In this document: positions 62,016 through 64,000 of the stretch, in pieces | Numbering within the stretch: the stretch's first letter is position 1 | Layout of the letters: each line of letters opens with the position of its first letter | Origin: Spirochaetia bacterium | GTDB lineage: Bacteria > Spirochaetota > Spirochaetia > DSM-2461 | Direction: 5' to 3' | Length of the DNA stretch: 64,000 nucleotides | Assembly (NCBI GenBank): GCA_963668315.1 | Contig: OY764216.1 | Span: forward strand, 1,152,001-1,216,000 | Made by a program: the position numbers and the translations under genes | The notes under the pieces: generated by a model | Databases searched by the model: none | Told to the model about the DNA's origin: nothing | The model's input: the letters and a program-made list of their open reading frames with translations, nothing else

Positions 62016-62561
62016 CTAGTCTTCGGAAAGATTGCTTTCCTGCTTGTTCCTGTTCGCCACAAGCGCCAGTATGGCCGTGCCGATAACGGCGATCATGACC
62101 GTATTGGTGCTGGAGCTTATGAGCTGCTGGGCGATAACCTTATTGAGAGGTTCGGAATAGATGAAAAAGTCCAGGATGGCGGAGACGCTGTACCCGATAA
62201 AGTTACCCGCCAGGCCCAGTATGATAAAGAGAACGATATCCTTGGTGGGAAAGGTTCCCTCATCCAGCCTGTTCGAAGTGGCTTTTCCGAAAAAACCGAC
62301 GATAAGTCCGGCAATGCCCGATCCGAGAATCCAGGACGGCCAGAATCCCCATCCGCCGAAAAGGTCGGTCAGCGCATGGCCGAGAATCCCCACGAAGAAA
62401 CCGACGATCGGTCCGAAGAGGGCGGCGAAGATAGCCAGAACCGCCGTGGCGGGCCTGAGTGTGGTGTTGGCGAATACGGGGATGCTCAAAAGGCCTCCCA
62501 CGCCGTAAAGTGCGGCTCCGATGGCGATAACGACAACGGTTTTTGCGGTAAATTTTTTCAT
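62016..62561 (-). CDS. ECF transporter S component (UPF0397-like)
   Basis: [20 protein letters not shown]...D and EP..KV..Q. Confidence 0.85.
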   Translation of the reverse strand: MKKFTAKTVVVIAIGAALYGVGGLLSIPVFANTTLRPATAVLAIFAALFGPIVGFFVGILGHALTDLFGGWGFWPSWILGSGIAGLIVGFFGKATSNRLDEGTFPTKDIVLFIILGLAGNFIGYSVSAILDFFIYSEPLNKVIAQQLISSSTNTVMIAVIGTAILALVANRNKQESNLSED

Positions 62562-62634
62562 CTCTTACCCCTTTAATGAAAATATGCCCAATCTTAGCAC
62601 ACTTGTAGTGTTTGTTAAATCTTTTACAGGGCTC

Positions 62635-63531
62635 TCAGGGCAGTTTATTTCCCGCAGAGAGGTAAATCTCGTACCACTCCTTGCGCGTCAGGGTAAATCC
62701 CGTCGCCATACTTACCTGAGCCACCCTCTCGGGGTTGGTCGTGCCGATGACGGCCTGAATCCCGGCGGGATGGCGGAGAATCCAGGCAATGGCTACAGCC
62801 GAATTGGTGACGCCGTACTTTTCCGCCAGGTTGTCGATGGTCCAGTTGAGCTTGGGGAACTTGTCGTTGTTAAGGAAAACCCCTTCGAAGAAGCCGTACT
62901 GAAAGGGAGACCAGGCCTGTATGGTGATGTCGTTGATGCGGCAGTAATCCAGAATCCCCCCGTCGTGGTCCACCGAATTTTCCACTTTCATGTTCACGTT
63001 CAGCCCCGCGTCGATCATACCCGTGTGCATGATGCTGAACTGGAGCTGGTTGAAGAGAATGTCTTCCTTCACGTACTTCTTCAGAAGTTCTATCTGGTAG
63101 TGGTTGTGATTGCTCACGCCGAAGTGGAGAACCTTTCCCTGTTTGTGAAGTTTCTGAAAGGCCTCGGCCACCTCCTCCGGTTCAACCAGGGCGTCCGGCC
63201 TGTGAAGGAGCAGAACGTCAAGGTAATCGGTTTTCAGCCTGTCCAGTGTCTTGTCCACCGCTTCCAGGATATAATCTCTGGAAAAGTCGAACATCCCTTC
63301 CCGTATCCCGCATTTGGACTGGAGAATGATGTCGTCCCTCTTGATGGGGAGATTGGCCAGAGCCGAGGCAAAAACTTCCTCCGAGACTCCTCCTCCGTAA
63401 ATATCGGCGTGATCGAAAAAGTTGATTCCCCTGTCAAAGGCGGTGGCGATAAGCCTTTCCCTTTCCCCGGGTTCCATTCCCGAAATCCTCATGCACCCCA
63501 TGATGATCCTTGATCCGCCCTTTATCTTCAT
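62635..63531 (-). CDS. Aldo/keto reductase (YdhF-like)
   Basis: FDHADIYGGG, QSKCG, LLHRPD, FGVSN and QAWSP. Confidence 0.92.
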   Translation of the reverse strand: MKIKGGSRIIMGCMRISGMEPGERERLIATAFDRGINFFDHADIYGGGVSEEVFASALANLPIKRDDIILQSKCGIREGMFDFSRDYILEAVDKTLDRLKTDYLDVLLLHRPDALVEPEEVAEAFQKLHKQGKVLHFGVSNHNHYQIELLKKYVKEDILFNQLQFSIMHTGMIDAGLNVNMKVENSVDHDGGILDYCRINDITIQAWSPFQYGFFEGVFLNNDKFPKLNWTIDNLAEKYGVTNSAVAIAWILRHPAGIQAVIGTTNPERVAQVSMATGFTLTRKEWYEIYLSAGNKLP

Positions 63532-63644
63532 AACTAGATCCTCCCTTGACCGGTCTTTTATTAATTATAGGTTTTCCGAAGAAAAGACGCAAATGGTAGC
63601 GCAATATATGTAATAATGATAAGGTGGGACCCAGGGGGAGTATC

Positions 63645-64000
63645 ATGACCGACGACCATAAGATCATACTGTTTCAGGGGGATTCCATCACCGATTGCGG
63701 GCGCAGGCGGGATTTCGAGGTGACCGAGTATAACACCGGCATGGGGGACGGCTACGCCCGTATGATTACCGCCGATCTGAGGGCGGCCCGGCCTACGGAG
63801 GGACTGAACTTTCTCAACCGGGGAATCAGCGGCAACCGGGTGGTGGATCTTTACGCCCGCTGGAAGTCCGATGCGCTGAACCTGAAGCCCGATCTGATCA
63901 GCATTCTTGTCGGGGTGAACGATCCCTGGCATCATTTCAATTACGACAACGGTGTGGAACCGGAGCGTTATGAGCAGATCTACCGGATGCTTCTGGAGTG
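63645..64000 (+). CDS. SGNH/GDSL hydrolase, truncated by the window edge
   Basis: Translated by hand: MTDDHKIILFQGDSITD...NRGISGN...ILVGVND; GGGGAG RBS; absent from the ORF track because it has no stop in the window. Confidence 0.88.
   Translation, partial: MTDDHKIILFQGDSITDCGRRRDFEVTEYNTGMGDGYARMITADLRAARPTEGLNFLNRGISGNRVVDLYARWKSDALNLKPDLISILVGVNDPWHHFNYDNGVEPERYEQIYRMLLE

Overview
Bacterial chromosomal window with dense protein-coding content, probably from a free-living Spirochaetaceae member (inferred from spirochaete-style 'LFAxG' signal peptides, a LysM lipoprotein and a stand-alone cheR-cheB pair). I find about 57 CDS and no rRNA, tRNA, CRISPR array or transposase. The left part is mostly housekeeping: Fe-ADH, a plant-type glucuronokinase-like kinase next to galU, pepP, an lpoB lipoprotein trio, mtnA, cheBR, hisA, fadD, udk, alr and cobO. 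The centre (26.4-41.8 kb) is a myo-inositol locus (GntR, iolE, iolD, iolB, LacI, iolG, sugar ABC transporter). It lacks iolC, iolJ and iolA in this window and is instead preceded by a transaldolase-family / CoA-acylating aldehyde dehydrogenase / acyl-CoA carboxyltransferase operon. That operon shares a repeated promoter motif with the iol genes, so it is the best candidate for an undescribed, kinase-independent lower inositol pathway running via malonyl-CoA. The right part holds a heptamer-repeat-flanked four-helix-bundle gene, an ABC-F gene with a GC-rich structured element upstream, a GH2 beta-galactosidase with AraC, an MCP, a second LacI-controlled inositol-isomer locus, and an ECF transporter followed by a kinase. 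All family assignments come from motif recognition by eye; no database searches were run.
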